A stretch of DNA of 64,000 nt from Camelus dromedarius (lineage: Eukaryota): assembly GCF_036321535.1 (NCBI RefSeq), contig NC_087447.1, forward strand, positions 38,132,001 through 38,196,000, given 5' to 3'. The notes beneath the pieces were generated by a model. It was given only the letters and a program-made list of their open reading frames with translations, searched no databases and was not told the DNA's origin. A program made the position numbers and the translations under genes. This document shows, piece by piece, positions 37,825 through 52,812 of this stretch (positions are counted from its first letter, which is position 1; the number at the start of each line of letters is the position of its first letter).

Positions 37825-40501
37825 TAGCCTTTTTCTTATTTATTTTCCTCTGTAGTTTCATCACTACCAACTGCTTCCTTTTCAGGACTATTTCCTACAA
37901 AATGATTCTGCACAAAAATTTGTATCACATTACAGAAGATACTGTAAACAGGAAAATAGCAGCAAACGCTGAAGTAGATGAATTTAGGCTCATCTACTAG
38001 CTGACTCCCACGCCCTAGCTTGAAGTATATATATATAATTAAAAGTCATGCCTTAACAAAATTACTATATGTCTATTTGTGAATTTGAGAATTCACAAAG
38101 ATCTGAGTTCATACCTCATAATATATCAGAAATATTGGTCAGTTTCCAACACTGACAGATTAAGAGAAATAAACAGGAGAAATGGGAAGTGAAATAGAGA
38201 AAACAGAGGAAAAGACGAGACAGAGACACAGCTGAAATAAGAAACTGAAAAAATACACAATTGTAGTTTTATTGTCTCTTTTTTAGACCATCCTAAAAGA
38301 CACTTTTACAAGAAAACACATTCACTCCTCATCTTTCAACACACCTGACAATCTCTAGAATCCTCATAAACTCCTTGTTGTAACTCTTTGTTGATAAATA
38401 TTAGTGAAACCTAATGAGTAAAAATTAAGATGTTCAAGCATCTTAAAAGAATTTGAATGCCATTTTTTCAGTGCCCTTTTGTAAAGCAATATACATACTA
38501 CTGTCCTTAAATAAGTATATCAGTATGCCAAACTGAGTTTTCCACAATATGCATTTTTAAAGTATCAAAAATATAAGTGTATCTAAGCAATGAGAATTAA
38601 AATATACATTTTTTAGGTCTTTATGAAGCTGCATAAAAGAGAAATCATGTTATCAAACAGTACTTTATGCAAAGCAAAACAAGACAGATCTAGACTGCTA
38701 ATCTGATATACTTCAAATTGTTCTCTTTGATTTGGCAAACAAATGATCCATCCTAGTAAGTTTTCTTGAACAGTTATATTTTTTAAGATCATTATTTCTG
38801 TCTCAATGTTATCTAACCATGAAAAAAATGACACTAAAAAAGACCTCAAACTATATATTAAAAACAGTTCCTCAGAGGATAATTAATCTGATCTGTTCTT
38901 CATATCAAACTAGTCTGGAGCCATGGTTCTCAATCTAGCTGTCCCAATAAAATACAGTTGCTCAGACCCCATCCTCTAACCTGCTGACTGAGCACTGACA
39001 ATTCGTATTAACAAGGGAAACATTTAGTGCAGTTAGGTACCAGTGAATAATCTAGACCTGAGAAAAAAATAAATCACACTTATTTTTGTAAGCTTTTTCA
39101 TTATTTTTATCTCATCTCCTTTTACTCACCCCTCTGCTTGCCCAGCTTTCAACATACTGTCTCCTTTGCCTCAACCTGAACGTATCAGACCCACTCCTGT
39201 CACAGGACAAATGCCTTTGCTCTTCTCTCTGCCTGTAAATGTTCTCCAAGGTATCTGTATGTCTCCCTTTCATACCTCCTTTAGGTCTTTTTTCCCTCAG
39301 ATGTCAACTTCCTAGAAAGGTCTTACTCAAAATCCCTGTTTAAAATTACAACTCCCTTGATTAATTTTGGCCATAGCATTATCAACAGCTGACCATTCAT
39401 TTTTTACATTTATTTTCTATCTCCTTCAACTAGCATGTAAGTCCAAGGAAGGCAGTGTCTCGATGGAAGCTAAATTATAGCTGATAGCTAACTAGCATCA
39501 AACAGTAATGCATTTCTACTAACAAAATTAGTAATATTTAAACAATAGTACATTATCAAAGAATAATTAAAACAGCATGCTCTGATTTAGTTAAATGCCC
39601 AAAGTCCTTAAAGTACATAAATCACTATTCAGAAGATTGATCTGAAATAAGTCATTTTTTCTCTCTGTGTATCTCAGTTCCCACATCTATAAAACTGACA
39701 TTGTACAAAGATGTCATAAGGATAAAATAAAAGTAAAAGGCTTTGAAACTTAAAGTATTAAACAAATAAAAAGTGATCATAGTGGAGTATAATTAAGAGT
39801 TGTTATTTGGAATATGAACAAAATTCTAAACATAAAACTGAGACAAACTGATCTAACATGATTATCTGTCACTGCATATAAATTAAAAATTAGACATCCA
39901 CAATCTGAATATGGGCACTACTGCATACTTGAGACACAATAAAAATACCTATTCTACACTGGCTTTTTCATGTTTAATAATTCATGTTTAGTCAAACATT
40001 CTTGAGCTACTTAGTCTCTCTCTGGTTCAGTTTTTTCATGACTGAAATGGAAATAACAATAATGTTAGATATCAGATGTTAATGACAAGAGTGATAGGGG
40101 TCACATCTGATCCCAAATCTGGCTCTAAAGTTTTGCTCCTTCTATCACACTTTCAGCACATATCATCCAAACCAGGTAAAAAGTTGAGGTTTTACCTAGG
40201 GAAAGCATATCTTTCAGAAGCAGCAGAAGGCTATGTTTAAGTGATAATGCTCAAAGAACAGTACCAATATGGCTGTTGTCAATATTACCATGACGTCACA
40301 GAAACTGCTAAAACAATAACTAAAAATAAGGCTGAAAAAGAACCTGAAACATCAAAGAATATCTAAAGTAATACTGTCTCCAACCACGTCTCTCCATCTA
40401 AAGTATTAAGATCATTTATGCCGCCTTCTCTTACGCAATCATAATTTAAAAGAATTCATGAAAGAATGAAAAGGAAAGGAAGTAGATGCAGTAAGAAAGA
40501 A

Positions 40502-41125
40502 TGTAGTGGATGTTTGTCCATTCTTGGCCACCCAACACCTGAGCTCCTCTTCTACACTTGAGAAATTCTCCACCTGATGAATACTGGTGACTTGCAGAGT
40601 TCAATGCCCACTAGTCAACCTGAAAACACCAGATACTCACTTCCCAATCATTCTTGGAGTTATGGCACTAACATATGTCCTTAGATCAACTACTCAGAAA
40701 CATTCATCCAGAGCTTCAAATTGGGGGATAATGATGCAATAGAGAGGAACATCAGAGAATCCATTCTGGAGACAGGTAAAAACTGATGGCAGCAACGTCA
40801 AGATTCCGAGGCAGCAGTGGCAGAGGTGCCAGAGGTGCCAGAGGTGTTATTCATGGGCTACAATAATCAAGGGAGGGGCAAGTGTGTATTCACTGTTGGT
40901 GGCAGCCACACATACATTCACCAGATGGATGCTGCACTGTGATTTTTGGCTATAGTCTTGCTTGTCTGCTGCCTAACTTCTCTTATTTTTGTCCTTTTTT
41001 TGAGATTAGTTATCCAGCTTTCCCAGTGATTCTGTGAGCTTCTCAACATTCTTTCAGTATTTTTTTTCAGTTCTTAAAACAGCCAAAGTTGATTTCTGTT
41101 ATTTTTTAGCTAAGAACTCTAATTT
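40502..41125 (+). mobile_element. Ancient ERVL/MaLR-type solo LTR
   Basis: Starts tgtagtgga; ends agccaaagttgatttctgtt...aagaactctaa. Confidence 0.55.
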
Positions 41126-44099
41126 TTATTCCCTTAATTGATAATTTATTCATTCTAGTCATGCATTGTTTTTGTTATAAAGTCTATGAATACTCCATTA
41201 AATGTAAAACAAAATTTAGAATTACGATTTTATACTCAAATCTGTTTTGTAGCATTTACATATGGAGATAAATTATATTTGACATAATGGGTATAGTCCT
41301 GAAAGTTGGATAATCAACTTCTGTATGTCAATCATATTTATCTCACAGTGGTTAGGTCTTACAAATGTTTCAGCAAAACTTTCTGCCTGCAAATTAAAAT
41401 GCAAAAAATTATAAAACCTTGGTATTTTATTACATACTAATTTCTGCCACCAAGATGGGATAAAGTAGAGAAGTAAGCAGAGATGGCAGTGAAAAATATG
41501 ACTCATTTTTTACTAAAGCAAAATCCCTCATTATATAAATTTGAGAAACTACAACTAGCCAAGTCCACCCAGGCTAGAACTTTATTGCTTTTCGTCAGAG
41601 GTCACTAGGGAAATAAGCACAATGTGATCTTTGAAATGTCATAACATATAAAAAAAGGAATAAACATAAAAGTCAGTATATTCAAATTAATTTTGAAGAC
41701 AGTCATCAGATTAATATATTATTATCCTTTTACTTGAAATTCTTAAAACAACTGAGCTATGAATCTGATCAATAAAAGGATTGAGATGCTTTCTTATTTA
41801 TCCACGTCAATCAATAATGTGTTTGCTGTTGGCATTCTAAGGTAAATGCTAAAGAAAATATCTCCAAGAAACATCTGATCTTGCCCCTGTCTGAAACTAA
41901 ATCAGAGGTGATAGGGAAGGTTGTCTAACTCAGGGACTCCTACAGAAGATAAAGGAACAGGGTGAAGGTAAAAATGAGACTACTCATGAGTATCTTCAGT
42001 GTGGCAGTGAGCATCATCTGAAGCCACACTACAATAAAAGTGTCTGAGCTTTGGAAAAACATATATGATCATACACATTGAGAGATCTACTTTAATTACT
42101 CCTCATCATTCCATAACACTCTGATAGAGGAGGTAGTTATGCAACTCAGTATTTATATATAAGAAGATCTGCAGGCATATATAGAAGCAGTACAATATCT
42201 TGATGTTTATGATACCTACATGGATAAAAATTTAAATATCACAGAAATTCTGCTATGACATAAAATAATTTTCTGCCTAAAAAGGTCAAAGAGCAACCCC
42301 ATGAAGGAAGAGTATAAATTGGGCTTGAGTATCAAGTAGATCTTGATTTTAATTCTGGTTCTACCTGTGTGATCTTTATCAAGATAACCTTTGCAACATC
42401 AGTTTACTCATCTGTAAAAGGGAAATGATTAATACTTATCTTGCAATAGTTCTGTGAGAATTAAATGAGATAATATAAGATAATATAACCCTATCACTGA
42501 GTTACGAAGAATATAACAGATGTCCCCAAAAATGTTACTTTCTCTTCCTTTTCTCTGATCCTCCCAGCTCCTCTCCATTGCCCCGGGCATTCTTTATAAT
42601 GTTAGCTTGAGAAGTACTGACTAAATCTAAGTTCTTGCAATTTCTCCACAATTGTAGCCATAAAAATATTTTCATTATGTTTTAAGTACAACTTTCATAA
42701 AAGCATAAAAACGTATTTAAATAAACTTTTAGCCTTTCCATATTAGATAGAACACCTTCATAAATTTTACCAGCCACATTTGGTTTGGCCAATAACCTGA
42801 AATTAAGTAATGTATTTAAAATCATAATTTAAAAAGTTTAAATTAATCCTAAAATAACTCCAAACCTTAAATTCCTAAGAACTCTTTTATAATACTAATT
42901 ACCTTATAAATACCTACTCATACATTATAAACTCTACAGTAAGCATGTTGATTGGACCTTTCTGTGTTAGATAAATGAAAGAAACTTGGAGAAGTATCAC
43001 ATAAACAGTTCTAATGTTCCTTTTCAATGGTGCCCATGAGTTTGCTCTTTATCACTGTCAAAACGGAATGTCATGACTCCAGAACAGTATATTTAAGAAG
43101 TGTAAAGTTGATAATGGCTACTCTGACATTCTGGAAATGGCAAGCCTTGTAAGGTTAATTAAATTACTCAAGGAATAAACAGTGCTTGTTTTTATAAGCA
43201 CAGATAAATTTAAAACTACGATTCACAGCTAACAGAGGTAGGGCAAAAAAGATGCAGGGGAAAATGCGATTTAGGAAACAGGTCTATCTGATTAGTAAGT
43301 TTTATTCCAGTTATTATTTAATTAAATGTCTCATCTAACTCTGAAACCTGATTATTGTTAAGAATTATGGAATCACCAACAACCCAATCCAAAATATTTA
43401 TTCATATGATAGACATAAAAGGAAAGAAGAATTCTTGACTTTACCAAAATGTTTAACCAAAGGAATATTTATTTACCATAATTGAAAGATAAGACATTTG
43501 CTTTGTTAATGTAAAGACAGATTAGCATAGTGCCTAAGAGCAAAAGCTCTCCTACCACACTGACAGCCACTTACTAATTTGTATAATTTTGAGGAAATTA
43601 GTTCAAACTCTCTGTACCTCATATCCCTGGATCCTCTGTTGGGAAGAATAATAGCACCTGTCTCCCAGGGTTGTTTTGAATATTAACTCAATAAATACAT
43701 ATAAATCTACTCAAAAAGTCCCATGTACATAGTAAATGTCAATATACATTAGATCTTATTACAATGACTACCACTACTGTTGACACTTGAAACTATCTAT
43801 GATGGTTACACAACGCAATAAAGTCATCAAGAAAAGCAAACAATTGAAAGCTTACTTCACTAAAAAGTTATCATTTAAAGTAACAAAAACCATTTACCAA
43901 AGACTCTAATGAAATGGAGGAAGAAAATGCACCTTAGTAGATAGAAGGTTTGGGGAGGAAGCTGGGTTTTTCCACCTTGCAAAAAGGCATTATAAACAAA
44001 TCCTCTAGTTAACTGATGACAGCTCTACTTCAATATAAGATAAGAAAGAGGATGGATGGATCCAAATTCAGAAAATTCTGGGGAATGCTTAAGCCCTCC

Positions 44100-44726
44100 C
44101 CTGACTTCATTTCCTTCCTTCAATAATCACCCAATTCTCTGTTCCCGTTCACAGCAAAACGTCTCAAAGTAGTTCTCTGCTCTTTCTAATTCTTGAACTT
44201 CATTCACTCTTCTACTAAAATCTGGTTTCTCTCCCAATCATTCTACTGAAATAACTCCTGAAGGCTACAAAACAAGCTTCATTTTGCTCAGTCCAATGGT
44301 TAATTCCAAACCTCACCTTGGTCAGCCTCTCAGTGTCTGTCATTCAACACAGCTGTATCCTTAGAACATTTCCTCTTTTTGTTTCAGTGATACATCTCTT
44401 CTCGTACACCTCCTAATTTCCTGGGTCATTCTATTCTGATTTATAAATGGAAAAGTAACCTAAGGCTTAAATCTGGGCCCCCTTTTTTGCTATGGCTACA
44501 CATTGTCCCTTGATAATCTCCTATGGTTTTAAAAACCATCTATATGATACTGACTCTTAAACTTACATTTCAGCACTGCACTTTCCCCTAAGCTCTAAAC
44601 TTATATATTCATTCATTCAACAAATCTTTACTGAACATATGTATTATGCATCAGGCATTATTTTAGGTTACTGGGATAAAAAGATAAATAAAACAAAATA
44701 TCTGTATTCCAGACAGGGAGAAAGAT

Positions 44727-44789
<63 letters not shown>

Positions 44790-46400
44790 GAAAAGTAGAA
44801 TAAATGGAATGAAGAAAAATAAAGTGGGTAAAGGGAATATAGAGTGATAGGCAGACATAGAGAGACGGTTAGGAAAAACCTCTCGTATATGTTCACATCT
44901 GGACAGAAATTGGTATGAAGTGAGAGAACAAGTTACGTGAAAATATGTAGGAAGAGCATCCTACGCAGAAGAAACAACAAATATAAATGCCCTAAACTCA
45001 GGAATAATCCTAATTGAAGGAACAGCAAAGTCCTGGCCAGTGCAGCTGAAGTAGAGTGAAAAAGTATTCAAATATAAAGTCAGAAAAGTAGAAAGTGACC
45101 AGATCTAACAGAGCATTACAGCCATTATAAAGCGTTTAGACTTTATAGGAAAAAAACTGGAGTATTTAATCAAGGAAGTGACATGGTAAGATTTTAGTTT
45201 TTAAAGATCACTCTGGTACAATGCCAAGAACAGATTACATAGGGACAAGATTACAAGTTGAGAGACCAGAGAAGAGGTTACTGCAATAGTCTAGGCATGA
45301 GGAAACAGTGACTGGGACTAAAGAGACAGTACCAGTAATCAAAGTAATCAGATTTGGCACATATTTTAAACATAGTTGTCAGGAGCTACTAAGGGACCTA
45401 ATATGGGATATAAGACAAAGAGAAAGGAATAAAAAATGACTGCCAAACTTGGTGAACTGTAGTGCTATTTACAAGCATGCTTCAGCTACTATTACGCACT
45501 TGCCTATCAGACACCTCAAAAGCAGCATGGCTAAAAGAAAGTTCTTTATTTTCCTCAAAAACCTTGTTTCTCTTCTAGTCTTCCCCATCTCAGATGCTAT
45601 CACATAATCCTTTCCTATTTCCTTCCAGCATTCATCCCTATCTGAATTAGTTAATTTACATATTGTTTACCACATTGCAGGCTCTAGGAGAGTAAAGATC
45701 TTGACTGTCTTGTCTACTGCTATATCCCTGGATCCTATAATATTTCCTGGTATATAGTAGGTACTGAAATATTTGTTGGAATAGATGAGTAAATGAATGA
45801 AAAAATCCTCCTACTGTCTCCTCTGTACATTATTCTCTTTAGCTTGTCTAGCTAATGTTAGAGTCCCCCAGTTTCTAGACACTCTACTCACTAACTCTCA
45901 CAAGGCAGTCTTACCCACCAATTCAATTTCCACCTCTTTGCCTGTCTTGAACATTTTTACTTCCAGCCCAGAGTTCTCTGAGATCCTAAGATATGCTGCT
46001 CAAGATTTCAACATGGATGACTCAAAGGTATCTCAAATTCACCAAGAACTAACTAGTAAGCTTACCACCAAACCTGTCCCATTTCCAGTGTTCCATATCT
46101 TAATAAATAGCATCACCATCCACACAGCTAGGCAAGCCAGAAATATTTCAGTTATGCTTGATACCTCCTTCTCCCCCAGCCCCTGGTAATCAATCTATTG
46201 CCAAGTCCTTTTGATTTTATCTTGTAACCATTTTTCAAATTGATCTATTTCCATTTCTAAAAAGACTTCTGCCATCAGCCTTGTCAATCTTTAGCTGGAT
46301 TATTGCACCAGCTTCCTAACAGTCTCCCCATAGCCACTCTGGCACGTCCACAATGTATTGTCCATATTTCAGCTACAATGATTTTTTCAAAAAGAAAGCC
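44100..46400. mobile_element. Cluster of nested L2 fragments in both orientations
   Basis: L2 termini cattcattcaacaaatctttactga (near 44610) and aaatatttgttggaatagatgagtaaatgaatgaa (near 45770-45800), plus L2 body motifs. Confidence 0.7.
44729..44786. repeat. (GT)29 perfect microsatellite
   Basis: Read directly. Confidence 0.97.
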
Positions 46401-47127
46401 TTAACATCTATCATTCCTAATGTTCATTTATAATATGTGTTATTAGGCAGCATATAAGTAATCAATTACTAACCAATTTTATTAGAGTTGTTTTTTGATA
46501 TTTTGCTATTTTGACACTATCAAAATTCATTTAATGTGTAACCACCAAAAATACATTTAAATAAATTTAAAATTACATTCTCTTTTAAATATGTGTTTAC
46601 CATTTGTGAGTGAAAATACTAGTCAGGCCCCCTCAGCACCAGAGAGTTAGAAGTCAAAACTGCATAAGCTCTACAAGTGTGCTGTCCCATACAGCAGCCA
46701 CTAGCCATATGTGATAATTTAAATTAATCAAAATTAAATAAAACTTAAAATTTCATTTCTCAGCCACACTAGCCATATTTCAAGGGCCCAATAATAAACA
46801 CGAATTCCAAAGCTATATACATCTTTGCCTTTCTGTAACTTAGATTCACAAATAAAGAAGCAAGCTTAAAACAGGGCTGAAGAATGTCATCATGCTCACA
46901 CTGCAACCTGCCAAGACCAATACAAATAGCAACACACACACACACTCATACTTACACATCTATACAGTCTCTCTGAACCTAACCATCCCCTCCCCTGGAC
47001 TAAAGCATAGCAAAGTAATGAAAAATGCTCACAGGATAGATTAACTAGGATGCTGAGAAAGTAGGCTTCCTGTTTTACTGATTATCAGCCAACCTGCTAC
47101 AGTCATTTTTAAAAAGGTACACACATA

Positions 47128-47167
47128 CCACCACCACCATCACCACCATCACCACCATCACCACCAT
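47128..47167. repeat. (CAC/CAT)n trinucleotide repeat
   Basis: Read directly. Confidence 0.9.
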
Positions 47168-47432
47168 GCAGTACTAGCCAGGTTGTGGTAAAACTGGTAT
47201 TGCCCCACAACTCTTTGGAAATGCAAAACAACAGTAGAGGCACCCTGAACTCCAGCCAAATTATTGTACTTGAGACTGTTCCCATCACATATGCTATTTT
47301 CTCTGCCTGTAATTGGGTTTTTTGCTTTGTTTTGTTTGTTTATATACCATCTTTACCTAATGCAATTCTGCTTACACAAGAGTTAATGCAGTTTAAATTT
47401 CACCTACTCTGTGATATCTTTCTCAGTCACCC

Positions 47433-47945
47433 TGTATTAGTTCACAGAAATATAATTAATAGGAAATAGACAGATGTATTTATTATAAGGTACTGGCTCA
47501 CACAATTATGGAGGCTGAAAAGTCCCAAGATCTGCAGGGTGAGTGGGCAAGCTGGAAATCCAAGAAAGTCAACAGTTTAATCCCAGTCTGAGTTGGAGGG
47601 CCTGAGAACCAGCCAATGGTGTAGTTCCTGTGCAAAGACCAGCAAGTTCAAGGCCCAGGAAAAGCCAGTGTTTCAGTTTGAGTCTGCAGGAAAAATGCTG
47701 ATGTTCCAGTATGAAGGCAGTCAGACAGGAAATAATTTTCTCTTACTTTTTGTTCTATTCAGGCCTTCGACTGATTGAATGAGGTTCAAACACATTAGGG
47801 AGGGCAATCTATTTACCTCGGTCTTCTTCTTTAAATGTTAATCTCATCCCAAAACACTCTCATAGAAATACCAAGGATAATGTTTGACCAAATATCTGGG
47901 CATCTCATGGCCCAATCAAGTTGACATATAACATTAACCACCACA
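47433..47945 (-). mobile_element. MLT2B-type (ERVL) solo LTR with 5-bp TSD
   Basis: tgtattag...caagttgacatataacattaaccaccaca; TSD caccc at 47428-47432 and 47946-47950. Confidence 0.9.
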
Positions 47946-49249
47946 CACCCAAATGGACTTTGATGATACTTTCAGACCTTAGAACACTTAGCTTATACTC
48001 AGCACAAGATACTTAGTATATTATGCTTTGAGTAACAGATATCTGTGTAAGTATTTTAGCCCTCTCTGAGAATGTAATTGGCCTAAAGCAAAGACTGTTT
48101 CTTGTATTTTTGTATTTATCATGGTGTCTGACAAATAACTGGTATTCAAAGTTTTAAAAATAAATGCTAAATGAAATAAGTCTATGTGCCTGACAGTAAA
48201 GGATCTCAATCTCATTCTTTTGTACAACTTTGTGAGACAATCTGTAGTATAATCAAATAGTCCATTATTTAAGACATTGTATTACGGCATTATTTAAACC
48301 TGACATTAGTAGGAGGACTTGTATCTAATTCTCCTATGTAACCACTTGCAAAGAAAATTAAGTCAATCCATAAGATTACCATCTACTTTAAAAACACATC
48401 TCTTGTACACCCATATAAACCACTTTCCCAATCTTGGGTAAAATTTAAATACTAATGCACATCAAGAAAAGAAACAGAAGTACAAATGGTGGGAGTTTGT
48501 GCACTCTTCTCTAGATATCCTTGGACTTGGGAGAATGACCAAATTTTTTCTTGGCTTCTCCACTTAGATAATTTCTACCGCACTGACTATTCAGTGTGCA
48601 GCATGATTTTAAAGGAAATTCTTTCCTTCCCTAACATGTTCTCAAATCCTAATCAAATTGCAAGCTTGCATGTGAATGTGTCCATGTTATGATCTCTATC
48701 CAGACTAACTATCCCAAATTGAGAACACAAAGAGCATTTTTACCAGCTGTGAATGCTGACACTGATTCATTATCCTTCTGGTCCTCTCACTTGCATTCTC
48801 AGTCACCCTTTATACTTCAGCCCAGTCAGGCCCCACTCACTCTATCTGAGACTCTTAAGAAGCAAAAGCAGTAAAGATCCAACCCACAAAAAAACCCTGC
48901 AAATGTAATTTCACCCCCTTTGCCCATTATATCTTTAATCAGAGCCTCTAAATGTTACAAACAGTTTCTAATTAAAATTACACTTCAGTTTTTCTTTGCA
49001 CATCTAAATAGAAATTTACTTTCAGTATAGTACTCTCCGTAGCATCACTGGAAAGAATCATGTGACATGAAAAATGTCTTAAACGCAAAGATATCCCTTA
49101 AAAAATCATAATTTTTACTTCTTTTCCCAGACATTTATCCCCCATTTAATTGCCTGTTAAAAACACTACTTTTTGAATATTTGGCATGGAAGCAATAAAG
49201 GCAGTTCTCTGAGCAAGAAAATTCTTTGGGCAAAAAAATATCATTATCA

Positions 49250-49880
49250 TATCCAACAGAACTCTGCATGGCAAGTGACAGAAGGCCAACTTAAGCCACA
49301 TTAAGCCCAAAAAGGGCATTTATTGGCTCCCAAAGCTGGACAGGAAATTGGCACAGTTTTGAAAGAAAAGCTGTAGAAGGGAAGGCCTCAAAAAAATGGA
49401 AGTCGGTCTCCATCAGTTGTTTGGCAGGGGATGTGTCTGTGTTTCTCTCCCTAACTACCCTCCCCCTACAACTATCTCTCATCCCTGATAGTTTCTCCTC
49501 TGCTTTATTATTTAAGCAGATTTTCTCCATATGGAATTGGAAGATGGCTGCCAAAAGCTTCAGAATCTAAATCTCACATTCATAACAGCAAAGAGAGGTT
49601 TTCTCCCTCCGCTGCATATCAATCTCTGGCTGAATGAGACTCTGATGGACTTTGGTCCTATGCCCACTCAGTCTTAGATCTACCATTGTATCTAGGGGAT
49701 TGACCTAGATTGGCCAAGATGAGTAAGATGCCCACCCCTTTGGTGGTTTGTTGGAGGGGTGGTGGGAGAATGAGTGGGCAAGATGTATTTCCAAAAGAAG
49801 AGGGGTTGAGTGAAAGGGAATATGCTGAGAAACCAGAAACAATAGCTATCAGAGTCAAGCCCAAAATCAACTATTCTGCA
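49250..49880 (-). mobile_element. MLT1J/K-type MaLR LTR
   Basis: gcaagtgacagaaggccaactta...tttattggctc and gaagatggctgccaa motifs. Confidence 0.65.
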
Positions 49881-51261
49881 ACACATCTGTGCCAGATGCC
49901 ACACTAGACCTTTACATATACTCTCATGGAAGGCTCACAATAACCTCACCACAGTGATATTATCATATTCAGTCTCTAGAGGAGGAAACTAAGGTTCAGA
50001 AAGTTTAAGTAGCCTGCAAAGGTAAGCTGCAGAGGATTTAAAACCAGGACTGACGCCAAGGCATATGTATGCTCATTAATCTATTCTACAATGTTGCCCC
50101 AAATGTCTTCCACACCAAAACTGACCATGACTACACTGCAAACTCTTGCCAAAATACATACCTTAAGGGGGCTTGAACTATAAATATAGCGTGTTATTTT
50201 ACTTTTAGAAGGATTCCTCCAGGTCAGGCAAGATTAAAGATACTGTGAAACCATAAACAGGAATAATATAATTAAGGACATATATCTAAATAGTAAGGAT
50301 GTGAAAGTTAGCCAGGAAAAAGAAAGTAGTTTATCATCATTATTTTTATGTATAACTAAGAACAAAAACTACCCAACATATGGAATCTAATAGGAAACCC
50401 CATAATAAAGCTATGACAGAAAGTGCATAGGAGAAAAAAAAGAAATTTACATGAAAAGCAACAGCGTAGAAACTTGTCTTCTAAACCTTGGCACTAGTTG
50501 AAAGGGGATAAGTCTCCTTTAATTTAAACCACCATCCAGAACTAACACAGACTTGTAATCTGAATTCATACTACTGGTGTGGTCCAAATACTCAACCACT
50601 AAATTAAATTTAAAATGTTCTCAGATTGCTAGGGTCCCCAGGCTATGGCAGAAGCAAACAAATCTGTTACGGAAGAATTGACTTCAATCCACACTGACAC
50701 TGATTGTCAGATGCCATGGATTGTAAGGCACATCCAAATCTCAGTGGTTTTAAAATGTAAAAAAAAAAAAAGAAAAAAGTGAATATTAAAATGAGATATG
50801 ATACGTTTAGGCCTTAGGAAGGAAAAGATCTGAAACCACTGCTCTACCATGGTAGCATTTACATGATAACTTCCAAATTCTCTTTCTCCAATTCTGAATT
50901 CTCCTCTGGCCAACTTATTCCAGTTCCTCTATGTCACCTCAGCACCACTACCACTGCACAAACTTCTGCATTTTCTTCACAGTCTTATCATGTAGGCCAC
51001 ACTAACTTTTCCCAATTCAAGATTCTAAAATTATTTAGTTTGTAGCCCAATATTTAACACCAGCTAATCATAGTAGCCATACTGTTCTGCATGAGAAATT
51101 CTTTAACACAGAATTAGTGGCATTTTTGACAATGAGATATAGCTAGATTTTGGAATTAGTTCTCTCTACTTAATACATAATAAAATACCACTGATCAAAA
51201 ATCATTGCTTTTATAAACAGCTCTTAAAAGTCACCTTTACAGACAAAAAATCTTTAATCCA

Positions 51262-52125
51262 TTTTTAAACATTGTATTTGAATATATAATTGCAAACTTA
51301 CAGAAGAGCTGCAAAATAAGATTAGTGTATAGAAGACCTGTTTGTCCTTTACCTGGACTCATCTGTTGTCAGTATTTTGTCCTATTTGCTTTCATATCAT
51401 ATCATATACGAAAATGCATACTCTATTTTTTTGTTCTTGAACTTTTTGAGAGAAAATTGCTTAGATCATACACTTTATCCCTAAATTCTTCAGTACAACT
51501 GTATAATAATAGGGATATTCTCTTATGTAACCATATCATAGTTAAATTCAGAAAATTCAGCACTGCTAAATACTTATATCAAACTTCCTGTCCTGTTTCA
51601 ATTTTGTCAGTTGACCCAATAACGTCCTATAGTTTTTTTATAGGATCCAATCTACAATTGAGTAGTACATTTAGTTGTCTCTTTAGTTTTCTTCAATCTG
51701 AAACCTACCTAAAAACCTCTCTTTGCCCTTTAAGATATTGACTTTTTAAAGAATATAATGCTTTGTTTTTAATAGTATGTTTTAATAGTATGCCCCTCAT
51801 TTTGGGGTATAGCTGATCTTTTCTCATAATTAGATTTAGGTTATTCATTCCTGGCTGAAATACTAATACTGCTTAAAGAATCACATCTGGAAATGTCCAC
51901 CTACCCCTTACTGTTGATACTACTTTTGATCACCTCATCAAAGTGTTGTCTGATTTCTCCTCTGCATAGTTACTATTTTTTCCTTTGCAACTAATAAGCA
52001 ATCTGCAAGGAGATACTTTAAAATCATTCAAATATTCTATTCCTTATTAAAAGTTCCCCATGGATTTAACATCAATTGATGATTCTTGCCTGATCCAATC
52101 TGTACCATATGGCTGCAAAATTTAA
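51262..52125 (-). mobile_element. L1MC-type 3' end
   Basis: aaacttacagaagagctgcaaaata; tactacttttgatcacctcatcaaagtgttgtctgatttctcc. Confidence 0.75.
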
Positions 52126-52514
52126 ATCCATTTTAATCATTTTAAAACTATATTAACTATATTTAATGACAGATAAAGTCTATAGTGAGAAGTCTAAAAA
52201 TGTACTTGTTATTTGAATTACATGATCTTTAGTCTGCATATAACTAAATATTAAATATCATTCATTTTAATCACTTTAGCTCATTCATGACCTGTATTAG
52301 TTAAGTTTTCTAACAACCATGCTAAGCACTGTACTATCATCTCTGAGATAAAACATAAAATTCAACTTTCACCATGTAGGTATTTATAAAGATGTCACAA
52401 GATTCTAAAAGAGAATAAAGAAAATAACTGGCAATTTTATTATAACCAAAAATATTTTGTTTATCACTAAAATTTACTTATCTACCGTCAACTATTTTTA
52501 TTTTTGGACATTAG

Positions 52515-52772
52515 ATAGAATGTGAAGGGGAAAGCATTGGAACACAGTTGTGGGGCATATAAACTGTTTCTACTATTTTGAAAGAGGATTTGGCAACTGC
52601 TTTCAAACTTTTAAAGGTATATGCCTATGGATAAACTTATACAAGATGCAAGTATACAATTACAAGGAAATCAGAGGCACATTTATCAATATAAGCCAGG
52701 TCATTGAATTACATTTTATTCAAACATACTACCATTCAGCTGTAAAGAACACGATGGGTCTATGAAAGATAG

Positions 52773-52812
<40 letters not shown>

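Noticed and set aside
47128..47167. Poly-His coding repeat
   Set aside because: No ORF or splice context; simple trinucleotide repeat. The THTHTH/CVCVCV ORFs elsewhere are likewise (CA)n translations.
24238..47945. Two MLT2 LTRs as ends of one provirus
   Set aside because: Opposite orientation, different internal structure, the second has its own TSD, and there is no internal ERV sequence between them.
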